64,000 bases of DNA from Felis catus. Lineage: Eukaryota. The notes beneath the pieces were generated by a model. The model ran no database searches. It was not told where the DNA came from and worked only from the letters and a program-made list of their open reading frames with translations. Position numbers and translations under genes: made by a program. Location of the stretch: the NCBI RefSeq assembly GCF_018350175.1, contig NC_058369.1:22570001-22634000 (forward strand), given 5' to 3'. Shown here in pieces: positions 13,801 to 25,894 of this stretch. Positions within the stretch are counted from its first letter, which is position 1, and each line of letters begins with the position of its first letter.

Positions 13801-13935
13801 GCAATTACTTTTCATTATATGTGCATTACGTTGATATTTTTATTCTCCTTATTTAAAAACTGGTAGTTCCAGCCCACTAAATTAATTTTACTACCTGCTA
13901 TTGGATTGCCACTTGCAGCCTGCAAAACTTCTGTG
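13705..13935. mobile_element. hAT-Charlie-type non-autonomous DNA transposon remnant with internal (TG)n
   Basis: gtgacccacagtaagaaatatatttacat...cccactaaattaatttt resembles MER119-like hAT elements; subfamily uncertain. Confidence 0.5.
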
Positions 13936-14164
13936 GAAAAATCCTTAACCTTTTTTTGCTGGGACTTGGCTGGTGCATGTCTAACCATAAAATGAAATGC
14001 AGTCTAAAATCCTTTCAGGGCCTCTATGGTGGGTAGCATGGACATCATACAGTGAAGAATGAGCAGCTAAGTAACGTGGTAGACTACAAATACTGAATTT
14101 TAGATCTAGTCCCAGCTTTTTAACTACAAAATACGGGGATTTGTGTCAGTGTCATATTGTTACG

Positions 14165-14356
14165 AGATATGTGTATATATGTGTATATATGTGCATACAA
14201 ATATGATATATAATATATATTAATATTAATTGTATATATAGTATATATATATAAAGAGCTATTTTGTACATCCATTCTAGAAATTTTAGAGATTAAATAT
14301 GTATGTGTGTATATATAAATATATGTAAATATATGTGTATATAAATATATATATAG
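14165..14356. repeat. AT-rich (TA)n/(TATG)n low-complexity region
   Basis: Read directly from the sequence. Confidence 0.85.
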
Positions 14357-14454
14357 CTATTCTTAATGCTACTTTCATTCAAATCATTTTTTCTTCATTC
14401 AGATTTTACTAAGGTCCTACTATGTACCAGGTTTTGTAAAAAAAGAAAAAATAT

Positions 14455-14685
14455 ATAGCTAGTACTTCCTAGCATCTGTTACGTGCCGTGCAAGGCACTA
14501 ATGTAAGCACTTGTATGAAATCACTCATTTGATGCTCTGGGTAACCTGATTAGGGAGGTACTCTTATTCCTCCCATTTTTACAAGTGAGAACCAAGCTCA
14601 AGGAGGTAAAATAATGTGCCCACCATCAAATGATGGAGTTAGATTTGAATCCAGAGCTCCTGGGCTTAGGATTGTATTTTTAACC
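14455..14685 (-). mobile_element. MIR SINE remnant
   Basis: ggaggtactcttattcctcccatttttacaagtgagaaccaagctcaaggagg...gatttgaatccag. Confidence 0.7.
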
Positions 14686-15337
14686 ATTGTACTATTTGCT
14701 AGTGTATTTGTTAAAGCAGCACATGTACCCGCTATGCCTTGAATGCCTTGCACTATTTTTTTTTTTCCCTCGAAATGATTATCATTTCCTCTGCCATGGT
14801 GTCAAATGCCTGTTCAGTTTTTTTCTCTTCCAGGTTACCTGTCCCCAGGACAGCCATCAACCTCCAGTCACCTCTGCCTTAATGCTGCACCCTGGGCTTA
14901 TTTACTTAGTTTGTCTTGTAATGCCCGGCCCACTGAGGTTTTGTCCAACCTGATTTTAGCTGTGGATGTGTAGTTCAGAGCTGTCCACAAAAGAGTGTGC
15001 TTCTGTGATTTGCTCTCCGACTCTGCGAGGTCGATGCCATGTTCCCTACATTTCAGTCACTTGGTTTTTTACCTTCTTGCCTTTTCCTTATATTTACTGT
15101 TTTTTCCATAAATTGACTTAGTATTTTTTTTTTTTAACTTCAGTAAAATTAGTTAAAGGGAAGCCTGGCATTGGTGCTATAAATAAATAACAAACTATTA
15201 TCACCTACAGTAGTGGAAATAGCTGCTATGAAAACAAAATAATCGTATTCCATTCTAACTGGCTATTTTTTGCCTGCTGAGGGCTCTTTGCTTGAGGCCC
15301 GTTCTCTCCTTTAGAAAGGGACTTTGGAGAGTGGTTT

Positions 15338-15675
15338 TATTGGTCAGGCTAAGCTGTGTTGCAGTAATAAATACACTTTGGAATCCCATGGCTCACTCCA
15401 ACAATGCTTTACCTGTGATGCACACGAAGCCTGCTGAGGGCAGCTGACCCTCCAGGACCACTGTCCGTTGTGAATGTTACTCAGGCCTGCGGGCCACTTC
15501 CATGCGGGTTCTACCAGCACCTGTCATGGCCTATCAGGATGCTAGGGAAGGGGGAGAGAGAGTGAGGATGCACCTTGGCTCTGCCTGCCTTGGTTTGCCT
15601 TGGGATACACATAACTTCTGTTCGTCTCCATTGCCCAGAACCAATTACATGGCCTCAGTCTAGTGCAGGGGACAT
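15338..15675 (-). mobile_element. MaLR solo LTR (MLT1K/L-like)
   Basis: gtcaggctaagctgtgttgcagtaataaat start; ccattgcccagaaccaattacatggcc motif. Confidence 0.65.
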
Positions 15676-16229
15676 GGATGTTTCGTTAAAGGTAACCTTG
15701 AATACAACGTTGAGGTTTCTGGTTTTTCTTAACATGAGCAAAAGAATGAAAAGCAAGTCATAAAGAGGAAAACTCCCTCCCTCATGGTGTGGATGAATGC
15801 TAGTCATTGTTGGGTCATCCCTCATGCCCAGCATGCAGGAAGACTGTGTTAGCAGGTCCCAGCACCAGAGCTCTGGCTATGGGGCAACGGAGGAAGGTCA
15901 TTCAGGTATAGGGCTGTTTTCCAGAGCAAAGATTCAACCTGAACGGATTTTTATTCAAACGAATTGTTTGTTTTAGAAATGGGTACATTCCACGAGTTTT
16001 ATTTATTGTAGTTTAAAACACATAGAATGTCATTTTTATTGTTACCCCACTGAAAATCCTCTGCTTTTCATGTTATCTTGCCCAACATAGTATTCACTTT
16101 CGGAACATAATTGGTAATATTAGTTTCTAGCTTGTCCTTTCAGGCTTTGCAGCCTGATTAATGGGTTTATGTTATGTCTCCCCAACTAAAAGAAAGCTCC
16201 ACGAATACAGAAAACTTTCTAGTTCCCTC

Positions 16230-16617
16230 ATTGCCTTAGGTTGGGTTCCAGTGGCAGACCCTGAGTTAGTGATAGGAGAGCAAATAGTTTATTTATAAGA
16301 TGCACCCAGGAGACTCCATTAGGGGGCTGTGGAAGTGAGGAAGGGATGCGAAGGCAGACAGTAAAAGGTGCTTTATCAAGCCAGTCGCCATGTGGGCCAT
16401 CGGAGCATAGTGTGCTGGGGGAACTCTGGGAGCCAGTGTGGTGCACTCACTATGGAATTATCCATCTCAGTGGGTGAGCGAGCTGAGGCATTTGGGTACC
16501 AGTGCCTGCCAGCCATTGGTGGAGGGCTGCTCCTGGAAGGTGGTCAGTCCTCAGAGCTTCCCATCCAGTTGAAATTTGGGGGGATTGTGGGTGGGACATC
16601 AATTATATCTGCTACAC
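16230..16617 (-). mobile_element. ERVL solo LTR (LTR16-like)
   Basis: tgccttaggttgggttcc...gcagaccctgag...agtttattt at one end and atctgctaca (TGTAGCAGAT on minus) at the other. Confidence 0.75.
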
Positions 16618-16619
16618 TC

Positions 16620-17306
16620 GTAGTGCCTAATGGTCAGTCTCTTTGACTCCCTGGGAACCAGACTCCAACATGGCCCCCCATTGCTTCCTGATCTTCATGT
16701 TCTTAAATGGTCCTCTCCCACACTGAATCTGGGCTGGTCTTTCCTGGCAGAGGTGATGACATGTGACTTCCAAGGCTTAGTCTCTACTGTGGTATCTTGG
16801 ATCTCTTGCTCTGGAAGAGCCAGCCACCATGCCATGTGGGGCCCAAGTGGAAGGGAGCTAAAGCCCTTGGCCGACAGCCAGCACTGACTTGCAGGCCAGG
16901 TGAACAAGCTGCATTGAAAGTTACAGAGAGGGAGGGAGGCAAACCATAAGAGACTCTTGGATACTGAGAACAAACTGAGGGTTCATGGGGGGTGGGGGAG
17001 AGGGGAAAGTGGGTGTTGGGCATTGAGGAGGGCACTTGTCTGGGTGTTGTATGGAAACCAATTTGTCATAAATTATATTTTTTAAAAAAGTGGAGCCTTC
17101 CCAACGATCTTGGGTACCCTTCCAAGCGAGGGCGTCCCCAGCTGAGATCTGATGGCACCACTTGAGAGACCCCACATGAGAAGTGCTCAGCTGAGCCTTT
17201 CCTCTGTTCCTGACCCACAGAAACCATGAGAGATAAGAAATTATCATTTCTGTTTTAATCCACTAAGTTTTGGGCTGACTTGTTATGCAGCAATAGATAA
17301 CTTACA
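16620..17306 (+). mobile_element. MaLR solo LTR (MLT1E/F-like), interrupted by an L1 fragment
   Basis: ttcctgacccacagaaaccatgagagataa...taagttttggg...ttgttatgcagcaatagataac is the MLT1 3' end. Confidence 0.8.
16922..17086 (+). mobile_element. 5'-truncated carnivore/felid L1 3' UTR fragment
   Basis: gagggagggaggcaaaccataagagactctt...ctgagaacaaactgagggtt...tgttgtatggaaaccaattt; short aaagt repeat on both flanks. Confidence 0.85.
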
Positions 17307-17363
17307 TGCTCACCAGTCTTTGAGTGCTTTTCAATGCCCCTGTGCTCAGGTGTTTTCTTCTTT

Positions 17364-17572
17364 TTCTTTTTTTAATTTTTTAAAATTTATTTTGAGAGAA
17401 GGGGGAGAGGGGCAGAGAGAGAGGGTGAGAGAGAAAATCCCAAGCAGGCTCCACGCTATCAGCACAGAGCCCGACTCGAGGCTTGATCTCCTGAACCTGA
17501 GCCGAAATCAAGAGTGACCTGAGCCAAAATCAAGAGTTAGACACTCAACTGACTGAGCCACTCACGTGCCCC
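17364..17572 (-). mobile_element. Can-SINE (older subfamily) with an internal 22-bp duplication
   Basis: SINE head (gagccactcacgtgcccc) and body; diverged TSD ggtgttttcttcttt / ggtgatttcttcttt. Confidence 0.9.
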
Positions 17573-18654
17573 TAGGGTGATTTCTTCTTTGAGTGAGGGT
17601 TGATGGACCTGTTGAACAAAGCTGGTGACTTGGGTGGCAAAGAAAGAAGAAAGAAGAAAGGAGAAAATCTCTGCGCAGAGGCCGTTTTCAGTTGCAACTT
17701 CTTAGTAACCATTACATTCAGAAGTTTTTTGGGGGGAGAAGGGAGGAGCAGCAAATAATTTCAAAAGGAGCTACACTGTTTCGGAAGGAAATCGCCACCC
17801 AGGGTGAGAAGTATAGCAGCTCTGGGTTGCTGGAAGCACCAAAGATTGTCCCTTCTGCTGTTCTGTCTGTAATCTCTGCTGTAATCTCTGGTTCCCGCAG
17901 TGGGCTACTTAGAGCTTTGTGATTCTCTGGCAGGGGCTGGGAGCGGATTAGGAGCCCCCTACCTCACTATTTCTGTGGACTTTTATTTGGCCTCTCTAGG
18001 GGGTGTATTTTCCGGTGGCAGCTCTGAGGTCACCCTGGTTGCAGCACGAAGATCCCATACTTGCTAATTTAGCTCCCTTTGTGAGCTGTTTTATTTCAGA
18101 TGCCTTCTGTGGAAATTTTGTTCCAGACAAACTTGAAAATGTTTTCAGTATTGATTCTTTGAACAATATACCCAAGTCCACCACTTGCCAGGAAAAAAGG
18201 AGCTCATCTGAGCTTTCAGAACAGTGTGGAGGGGGAAGTGGGGAGAGAGGGAGGGAGGAGAGGACCGGAGGACCTCTGCATCCAGCCCTTCCTAGGCAGA
18301 ATCATGTGATGTATCTTCTTTCCAGGATAAACCGACATTTCCTTTTTTGCATAAAATCTAATCTCTTGAATAACAGGAGTGTGGAAGCTCTGTTGGTTTC
18401 TTGGAATCAGACAGCTATGCTCAGTTTTCCATGGTTGGGGGTGGGTTTCCCCTTATTCCTTTCAAGGGCTTGACAGAGGTCCCACCTGCTGTGCCTGCTT
18501 CTGTGTTATTGGAGATAGTGGAGAGAGAGAGCGTCCTCTTGTGGGAATGGTTTTCCTGTGTTAACTTAGCAAAAACTTCGGGAATTTGTGCCCCTTGAAG
18601 CTTCGGCCAAGAAATTAGCTGTCTGGGTCCTTGCGCTGTGCTGGTCATTAGTGC

Positions 18655-18880
18655 TCTTCACAGATATTCCATTTGTCCTTCCTCAGGACACATGGCGAAT
18701 CACTCTTCCCATCCCATTGAAGTTAAGTGTAGCCATATAACTTGCTGTTTGGCCAGTGGACTATGAGTAGAGGCGATGTGTGTTCCTTCCAGGGAGAAAC
18801 CTGTAGGAATCACGCGTCTGATCAGCCAGTATAGCAACTGCAATGTTTCAGACAGTTTTAGAGTCTCTGTCAACCTGTCA
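18655..18880 (+). mobile_element. MaLR LTR fragment (MLT1J-like)
   Basis: ttgaagttaagtgtagccatataacttgctgtttggccagtggactatgagtagaggcgatgtgtg. Confidence 0.65.
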
Positions 18881-19267
18881 TCTTTCAAATTATCCCTCCG
18901 AACCAAATCCTCTTCAAACTATCCCATCTACCTGTGTCGTTTATTTCCTGTTAGGATCCCTGCTGGTTCAGTCATTATTAAACTAGTACATGATTGCTCA
19001 TGAAAATTTGGAAAATGGAGAAATGGAGAACGAAGAGAAAAAATAATCCATAATTTTATACCCAAACATCACTACTATTAACATGACCTTCCTTTTTTTC
19101 CCCCCTGACTTTTTTCCTTGCCCAGTGCAGATTTTTTTTTTTTTTTTTGACTTGGGTATAGCCATTTGGTATGTATAGTCTTATCTCCTTTCTCACGAAC
19201 ATTTTATCATTCTGAGTGTTCTTATACACCCTCCCTTTTAATGGCTGTGGAATAAGGGATACAGTTT

Positions 19268-19490
19268 TTTTTTTAATTAATTAATTTTAGAGAGAGAGCA
19301 TAAGTGGGAACGAGGGGCGGGGGTGGGGGGAGAGGGAGAGGGAGGGAGGGAGAGAGAAAGAGAGAAGCCCAGTCAGGCTCCATGCTCAGCACCAAGCCTG
19401 ATGCAGGGCTCGATCCCGTGATCCTGGGATCATGACCTGAGCTGAACTCAAGAGTCAGATGCTCAACCAACTGAGCCACCCAGGCACCCC
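19268..19490 (-). mobile_element. Can-SINE (SINEC_Fc3-like)
   Basis: gggctcgatcccgtgatcctgggatcatgacctgagc...gagccacccaggcacccc; TSD agggatacagttt / agggatgcaattt. Confidence 0.93.
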
Positions 19491-19927
19491 CAGGGATGCA
19501 ATTTAAATAAAAAGATTTTTAAATTTCAAAATCATAAAAATTATATTCTGTATACTTGTAATATATCCAGTAGTAGAGGAGGGTGTATGAAAAAATAATT
19601 AAATAAAACAGAGTTAACACATTTCTCACCCATGCCTCTCGTGTACCAGGCTTGTGCTGGGTCTGGAGGCAAATACGACAGAATCCTCACATTCTCACGG
19701 GCCTGATGCTGATAAATGTTGATTCTATTTCTAATCCTTTTGGGACTAGTTTGGGTTTGTTGTCCACTTGAATTCTTTGTCTAACTTGGCTAATGGAATC
19801 TACCTATTTTGAAAAACAACACACACAAAAATTGCCCCTTTCCCCGGGGGAGGACTCAAGCTTATCCAATTTGGGGAGTACACTTTATGAAAGAGAACAC
19901 CAAGTTGTGAATAGAAGTCACAGCATG

Positions 19928-20153
19928 GGGGCGCCTGGGTGGCGCAGTCGGTTAAGCATCCGACTTCAGCCGGGTTACGATCTCGCGGTCCGGGAGTTCG
20001 AGCCCCGCGTCGGGCTCTGGGCTGATGGCTCAGAGCCTGGAGCCTGTTTCCGATTCTGTGTCTCCCTCTCTTTCTGCCCCTCCCCCGTTCATGCTCTGTC
20101 TCTCTCTGTCCCAAAAATAAATAAACGTTGGAAAAAAAAATTTTTTAAAAAAA
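19928..20153 (+). mobile_element. Young felid Can-SINE (SINEC_Fc-like)
   Basis: Near-consensus; perfect 15-bp TSD agaagtcacagcatg at 19913-19927 and 20154-20168. Confidence 0.97.
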
Positions 20154-20420
20154 AGAAGTCACAGCATGGTATTTAATTTAAAAGTTAAAAGTGTAGAACA
20201 AACATACCGCAAACACAGTGAAATCCAGAAGATAATACAGAATTGTTCTGATTCTTCTTACTGTTTTAATTAACTGCCTGGCATACTCCGTAATCTCCTT
20301 ACAGTTTTGGCTGAATGTTCGTTGCTCTGTCCTTCATGTGATGATGGCTTTGTAATATCGTTTTATTTGGAGAGAATAGAAAGATGATCCATTCTTTTTT
20401 TTTTTTTTTTTTTTTTTTTT

Positions 20421-20567
20421 GGCAGTGGTTCTTTACATGGGATGCCTGGTAGAATAATTTGGGAACTAGTAAGAATCCTGAAGCCCAGGGTGCTCCTTAG
20501 ACCAATTAAATCAGAATCGCTGGGGCACAGGTATTGGTTTTCTGTAGAAGCATGGGTGAGAGCACCA
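20421..20567. mobile_element. MER5-type hAT-Charlie MITE, preceded by a T26 run (20395-20420)
   Basis: cagtggttct...agaccaattaaatcagaatc.ctgggg. Confidence 0.65.
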
Positions 20568-21189
20568 GAATAGATGGTAGAAATTTGGTGGTTTTATTAT
20601 TGATGGTTTAGAACACCATCTTTCAGCTTAACTACCTGCTACCGGTATTGTCACGTATATTTTTAGGCCTGTTGTCAAATTTGGGAAAACCCCTGTCAAA
20701 TCTCTTTCATACAGGGGCTGTGAGGCTGTGGGGCATTTCAGATTTTGTGTGCAGCGGCTAATCTTAAATGTTCTTTGAATTCAAGACACTCATTAAACCG
20801 TTTGTCACTGGTGTCCTCGTTTCATCTAGGCATTTTATGAAATTTATGCTGTTTTTCAATGAGATCAGTAGTTTGTGTCAAAGGAATTAGAAATTAAATG
20901 GCCTGAAGAAATGTGATTGGATGAGACCATTGGAAGGAAGAATGTGTGCAAAGGACAGGCCGGTCCTGTGGGCAAGTGCAGTGTAGATAGATAGTGGGCA
21001 ATAGGCGGGTGGGGTAGCTGGGGGCCATGTGGCTAGGCCAGGGAACCTGGGCATACAGGGAGCCTGGGCACCGGTGGGAAAGTGCCACATGCTGGTAAGT
21101 GCTGGAGGATGGACACTCTGCTTTTTGGTTTAAGGGATCAATAAGCATATGGAAGATAGTACCATGGAGTGTTAAGGTTATTCCTTTCA

Positions 21190-21420
21190 GGGGCGCCTGG
21201 GTGGCCCAGTCGGTTAAGTGTCCAACTTTGGCTCAGGTCATGATCTTGCAGTTCATGAGTTCAAAGCCCCACGTCGGGCTCTGTGCTGACAGCTCAGATC
21301 CTGGAGCCTGCTTCGGATCCTGTGTCTCCTTCTCTCTCTGCCCCGCTCCCACTTGTGCTCTGTCTGTCTCTGTCTCTGTCTCTGTCTCTCTCTCTCAAAA
21401 ATCAAATAAATATTAAAAAA
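21190..21420 (+). mobile_element. Can-SINE (SINEC_Fc2-like)
   Basis: Full head, body and tail; TSD aaggttattcctttca / aagattattcctttca. Confidence 0.95.
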
Positions 21421-22461
21421 AAGATTATTCCTTTCAGAGGCACCACAAAGCTTTGGGTGAATTCCACATTACTAATGACTATCCACAGAAACTGGACATA
21501 CATATAGCCCTCTACACCCAATCTGAACGGATCTCCAACCCCACTTGCCTTTTAGTGCATCCCTGCAAGCCCCTGGCCACACCAGTGCCCCCTGCCAGGA
21601 AGAGAAGCATTGCAGAGGGCAAGGTGGTGGAAAGGAGACAGTGGTCTTAACCAGTTCAGGTTAAAACATCTTTTTTGTTAACCCACCAAAAACACATGCA
21701 TGTGAACACAGTGCTGGGTCTTCTGGGAGGGACCCCTGCCAGTGAAGGTCCCTGGAGGCTGAGTCTCTAGCTTCACAGTTCACCCACCTGTGTTCTGGCA
21801 TGTGAATTAGTGACTGAATGTCACGTATGTGGGCTAGATTGAAGCTTGTGGGGCTGAAAGAGGTACTGATGACAAATTTTCAGCCCTAGGACCTTCAAAA
21901 ACAGTTCAGACTTTGTGTCTTTCCTTCCGCTTTCATTGTATGAGAAATGATTGTTGCTTTTTGAGGCAGCAGCCTTACAGTCTGTGGAATATCATGATAT
22001 GAAAATCATCACTCTTAGGCTGCCACCCTGTTTCCATTGTGTACCTTGACGAGACGCTCCTTGAGGAGATACAGCAAAGACTGAACAAAAAAGCCAACCT
22101 GGTTAAAGGTTCTGAGTCTTGTTATTCCCTGACATTAAGACAGTGAAGATCATTCCTTGGGGAGTAGCCAATGTGTATTTTTATACCTTACCAGCCACAG
22201 GTGCAGAGGTTCACTGGCTCATAATCTGGGTTCACATCCATGGTCCTGGTCATTTCTGAGGTGTGTGGAGCCCCAGGAATCCTGGAGGGGCCCAGATCAC
22301 AGATAGCACTCTTTTCCACCACTTGTTGGAGACAGGCAGAGGATGGAATGTAGCCTTAATCTGAAGACAAGGACCCTGAGCCAGAGCTCACTCTTTCACT
22401 CAGGGATGTTTATTGTGTGCCTACTGTATGTTGGTTTTGGGTCACGTGCTGGGCATGGAGA

Positions 22462-22972
22462 TGTTTCAGTTACTATTGCTGAGTGACAGCGTACTCCAAA
22501 ACTTGGTGGTGAAAAACACCATTGGCGTACTCATGGATTCTGGGGTGAGGAATTTGAACACAGCAGAGTGGCTTATTTTTTGCTGGGACCTCATCTGGGA
22601 AGACTTAAAGACTGGGGATGACTTGGAAGCGGAGATTGGAGTTTTCTGGAGTCAGTTTCACTCATGTGTATATACTGGGATCTCCATTGGCCTATAAAAG
22701 CCCTACATGTGGCCTGTCCATATGGTCTCTCTGTGTGGGATGGTTTGGACTTCCTTATAATGTCAGTGGAGTTCCAAGAGAACTGAAGTGAATGGCACTT
22801 TAGGACCTTGTTTGAAAAGTCTTGGCATCACTTGGCTTCTCTTCTGCCACATTGGCTGACTCAGTAAAGGTTTACTTAGACATTCAAGGTGAAGGACTGG
22901 TAAGAATTTTTTTATTTTTTATTTTTTAGAGCAAGAGAGCGCATAGGTGCACATGAACAGGGGCTGGGGAGG

Positions 22973-23022
<50 letters not shown>

Positions 23023-23232
23023 TTGAGAATTCCAAGCAGTCTTCATGCTCAGTGCAGAACCCAGCATGGGGCTCGATCCCATGACCCTGGGATCATGACC
23101 TAAGCCACATTCAACAGTTCGATGCTTAACTGACTGAGCCACCCAGGTGCCCCAGGAGTCATAAGATTTTGAAAAGAACATGTGGGATGGAAAATGCTGT
23201 CATGGCCATCTTTGGAAAATACAGTCTGTCTT
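22462..23232 (-). mobile_element. MaLR solo LTR (MLT1H-like), interrupted by a SINE and inserted in an L2
   Basis: tcagttactattgctg...ctccaaaacttggtgg...ctcatggattctgggg start; ggccatctttggaaaatacagtctg end. Confidence 0.75.
22908..23153 (-). mobile_element. Can-SINE (SINEC_Fc3-like) with (GA)n microsatellite
   Basis: Head gagccacccaggtgcccc; long GA run at about 22976-23012; diverged TSD. Confidence 0.93.
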
Positions 23233-23410
23233 AAAGGGTGCTGAGACATGGAGGTCACCCTCACCTCTAGGTGCTGCCCTCATGGAGTTTACAACCTAGT
23301 GGGTAAAGCAGCCAGGCATTGAATTATTCAATAAATACCTATTGAGCACCTATAGTTTGCCAGGTTTTGTCCTAAGTGATGGGGATTTAGAGATAAATAA
23401 GATGGATGTT

Positions 23411-23622
23411 GGGGTGCCTGGATGGCTCAGTTGGTTAAGCATTGACTTTGTCTCAGGTCATGATCTTGCAGTTCATGAGTTTGAGCCCCTCGTCAGGCTC
23501 TGTGCTGACAGCTCGGAGCTTGGAGCCTGCTTTGGATGGTGTATCTCCCTCTCTCTCTGCCCCTCCCCTGCTCAGTCTCTCTTTCTCTCTCTCTCAAAAA
23601 TAAATAAACATTAAAAAAAAAA
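23411..23622 (+). mobile_element. Can-SINE (SINEC_Fc2-like)
   Basis: Full element; TSD aagatggatgt / aagatggatat. Confidence 0.95.
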
Positions 23623-24010
23623 AAGATGGATATACTCTCTGATGATGAAGCTTAACTGCTGATGGTAAAAACTGGTAAGAAATAAAGTTAACATATAAGG
23701 TATTGTCATATAGCAATAGGTGAAATAAAGCAAATTAAATAGCGTAAAGGGACAGGTTTTAGTTAGGGCTATTAGAGAAGGCCGTATTGATTAGGTATTT
23801 TCTAGGCTAAGGGAAGGATAAGTTCAAGGTCCAGAGGCAGAAATACTATTGACATGTTTGGAAAATGATCAGAAGGGTGGTACAGCTAGAGCGGAGTGAG
23901 CAAGGAAAAGAGTGCTTGAAAATGAAGTTGGAGAAACAGTCACAGGTCAGGTGTTGTGGGTCCGAGCTACAGTGATGACTTTGGATTTGTCACTGATTGC
24001 ATTGGGAGTT

Positions 24011-24455
24011 TGTAAGAGTCAGCTTTATGCTGCAGTAACAACCAAATCTCAGTGACCTGTGACAACAACTAATGGTGATAAGTTCTGTGAAGGAAAATCG
24101 TAGGAAAGCCTTAGGGAGTGGCTTATAGTTCACCTTTCAAACATTTAACCAAGACCATTATGGTTACTTACCTTCATGGGTTGACTGTGGCTCTGCTCCA
24201 CATCCCCTTCATCCCTGGATCCAAGCTGAGAGAGTCCTCTTTCTCTGGGAGAGTGCTGTCCTGGTGGAAGAAGGAAAGGGTAATGGCGGAATCTGTGATA
24301 GCTCATAAAGCTATTGCTTTAAGGTGAGCATGTCACTTCCATTCATGTTTCATTGGCCAAAGGAAGTCTTACAGTCAAGCCTGATGTCAGTGGGATGGGG
24401 GTGACAGTCCTCCCAGAGGGGTAGAAGACAGTTATGAAAAAGCAACGTGTTCTAC
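24011..24455 (-). mobile_element. MaLR solo LTR (MLT1J-like)
   Basis: ttatgctgcagtaacaaccaaatctcagtg...catgtcacttccattcatgtttcattggccaaag. Confidence 0.7.
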
Positions 24456-25894
24456 GTTAGAGTCTTTGGAATTTTTGAGTGGATAGTGACATCTTGCTGT
24501 TTCACAAGATCCTCTGGAGAAACAAATGGAACACTGCTGTTGAAATGAGAGCTAAGTAGGAGAGAGTGTGGCACTGTAGCCCCTAGAGTGACAGGTGAGC
24601 AGAGGCCTGCAGCAGAGGAGGTGTCAATGCCCAGCATGTTGGGCACAATGTCAGATGCTGTAGGAGGTGCTTTCCACATGATATGGGGAAAAGACTAGTG
24701 AAAAGGCGATTTCAGTATAGTGGGGTTGGTTTCTGGATAGAGGTCAGCCCAGAGGGCTATGGCAGCATCCAGTGTTGTACCCAATCCCGTCAGGATGTCA
24801 GGACAGGAGAAGACCCCTCAACGGAGGCTCCACATTATGTAGGACTTAACCAAGTGAGGAGGAGATGCTGTGGAGACGGGAATAGGGGATAAGTAGAGGG
24901 ACCAGCATCAGCAATGTTTCCTAGGTGAGAAGCGTGGCTTCGTGTTATCTTCTCTCTGTATTAGGGGAATTAGCCAAGGTCTGGGTGCCCTCTGCCTTTC
25001 CTGTGGGACCTTCTACCCTGTCTTTCCTCTTTCTTCCTCCCTCCAGGAGAGCTCCACATGTCTGTCTGGTAGACATCCTAGTTCCACTTGCAGCAAATGT
25101 GCAAGTCTCAACCTTAGGAATACCCCCACACTACTGAAGTGTGGAACAAACAGTTCCCCGCCACGGCAAAGGACTAACACACTGTGAAAGCCATCAGAGC
25201 TCATCCCGAGACTGGGCTTTCTACCACATTCTCCTCCTCCTGGAGATTCAATTGAAATTTTGTCATTTTGCTTTCTTGGATCTGAAGTTTCCTTTTAGAT
25301 TCATCTATCTGATCTTTGTCCAGTCAGCTGCTGAGCATCAGAAGGAACTTTTTTCCTCTCCTGGATTCAGTTTTCAAATCATTTGAAAGTTCAGGAAGGG
25401 ACGACATGGTAACCTTCTAGGCCATGCTGCATTTGCCGAAGGCCTTAGGAGGTGGGCGCTGTGTGACAAGGGGAGGGATGACCGGGTGTTTCCTCAGCTC
25501 CTACCCATCATTCCTCTGTGTGCCCAGCTCTTGAACAGGACAGTGTTCTCAGTGAGAGCCTCACCTGGGTTTGCCACTTCCAGGCCGTGTGGCCACTAAC
25601 AAGTTAGTTACCCTCTCTGTGACTTAGATTCCCCTCTCAGGAACCTTGCACAGATTCAATGAAATACAATGAGATACAAAGCACTTAATCCACAGCCATG
25701 GCAAAAGCTCAGCAAATAATACCTATTGCCTCTATTACTGCTATTTCCACCTTTCCCAGTGGTGGAATAGGAAGAAGCAGCCAATAAACCTGGGTTTTAG
25801 TCCCAATGCTGCCTCTTAGCTGGCTGGCTGAGCTAGGACAAGGTGCTTCTCTGAATCTTTTTCTTCTGTGTCAAACAAGATGGATGAAGGAGAT

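Larger units (their letters stand above)
23320..24900 (-). mobile_element. L2 LINE remnant, interrupted by a SINE and an MLT1
   Basis: ttcaataaatacctattgagcacctata...ccagg...ctaagtgatggggat is the antisense L2 3' end; purine-rich L2-like sequence continues; distal boundary approximate. Confidence 0.6.

Noticed and set aside
14810..14833. Strong-looking splice acceptor ttttttctcttccag
   Set aside because: No convincing donor or coding character downstream
19312..19350. G-quadruplex-like G runs
   Set aside because: Antisense reading of the SINE's variable C/T-rich tract; nothing suggests function
22045..22080. Minus-strand 36-nt micro-exon-like segment (SLLYLLKERLVK)
   Set aside because: Weak donor (GTACAC), opposite to the inferred host strand, and no partner exon
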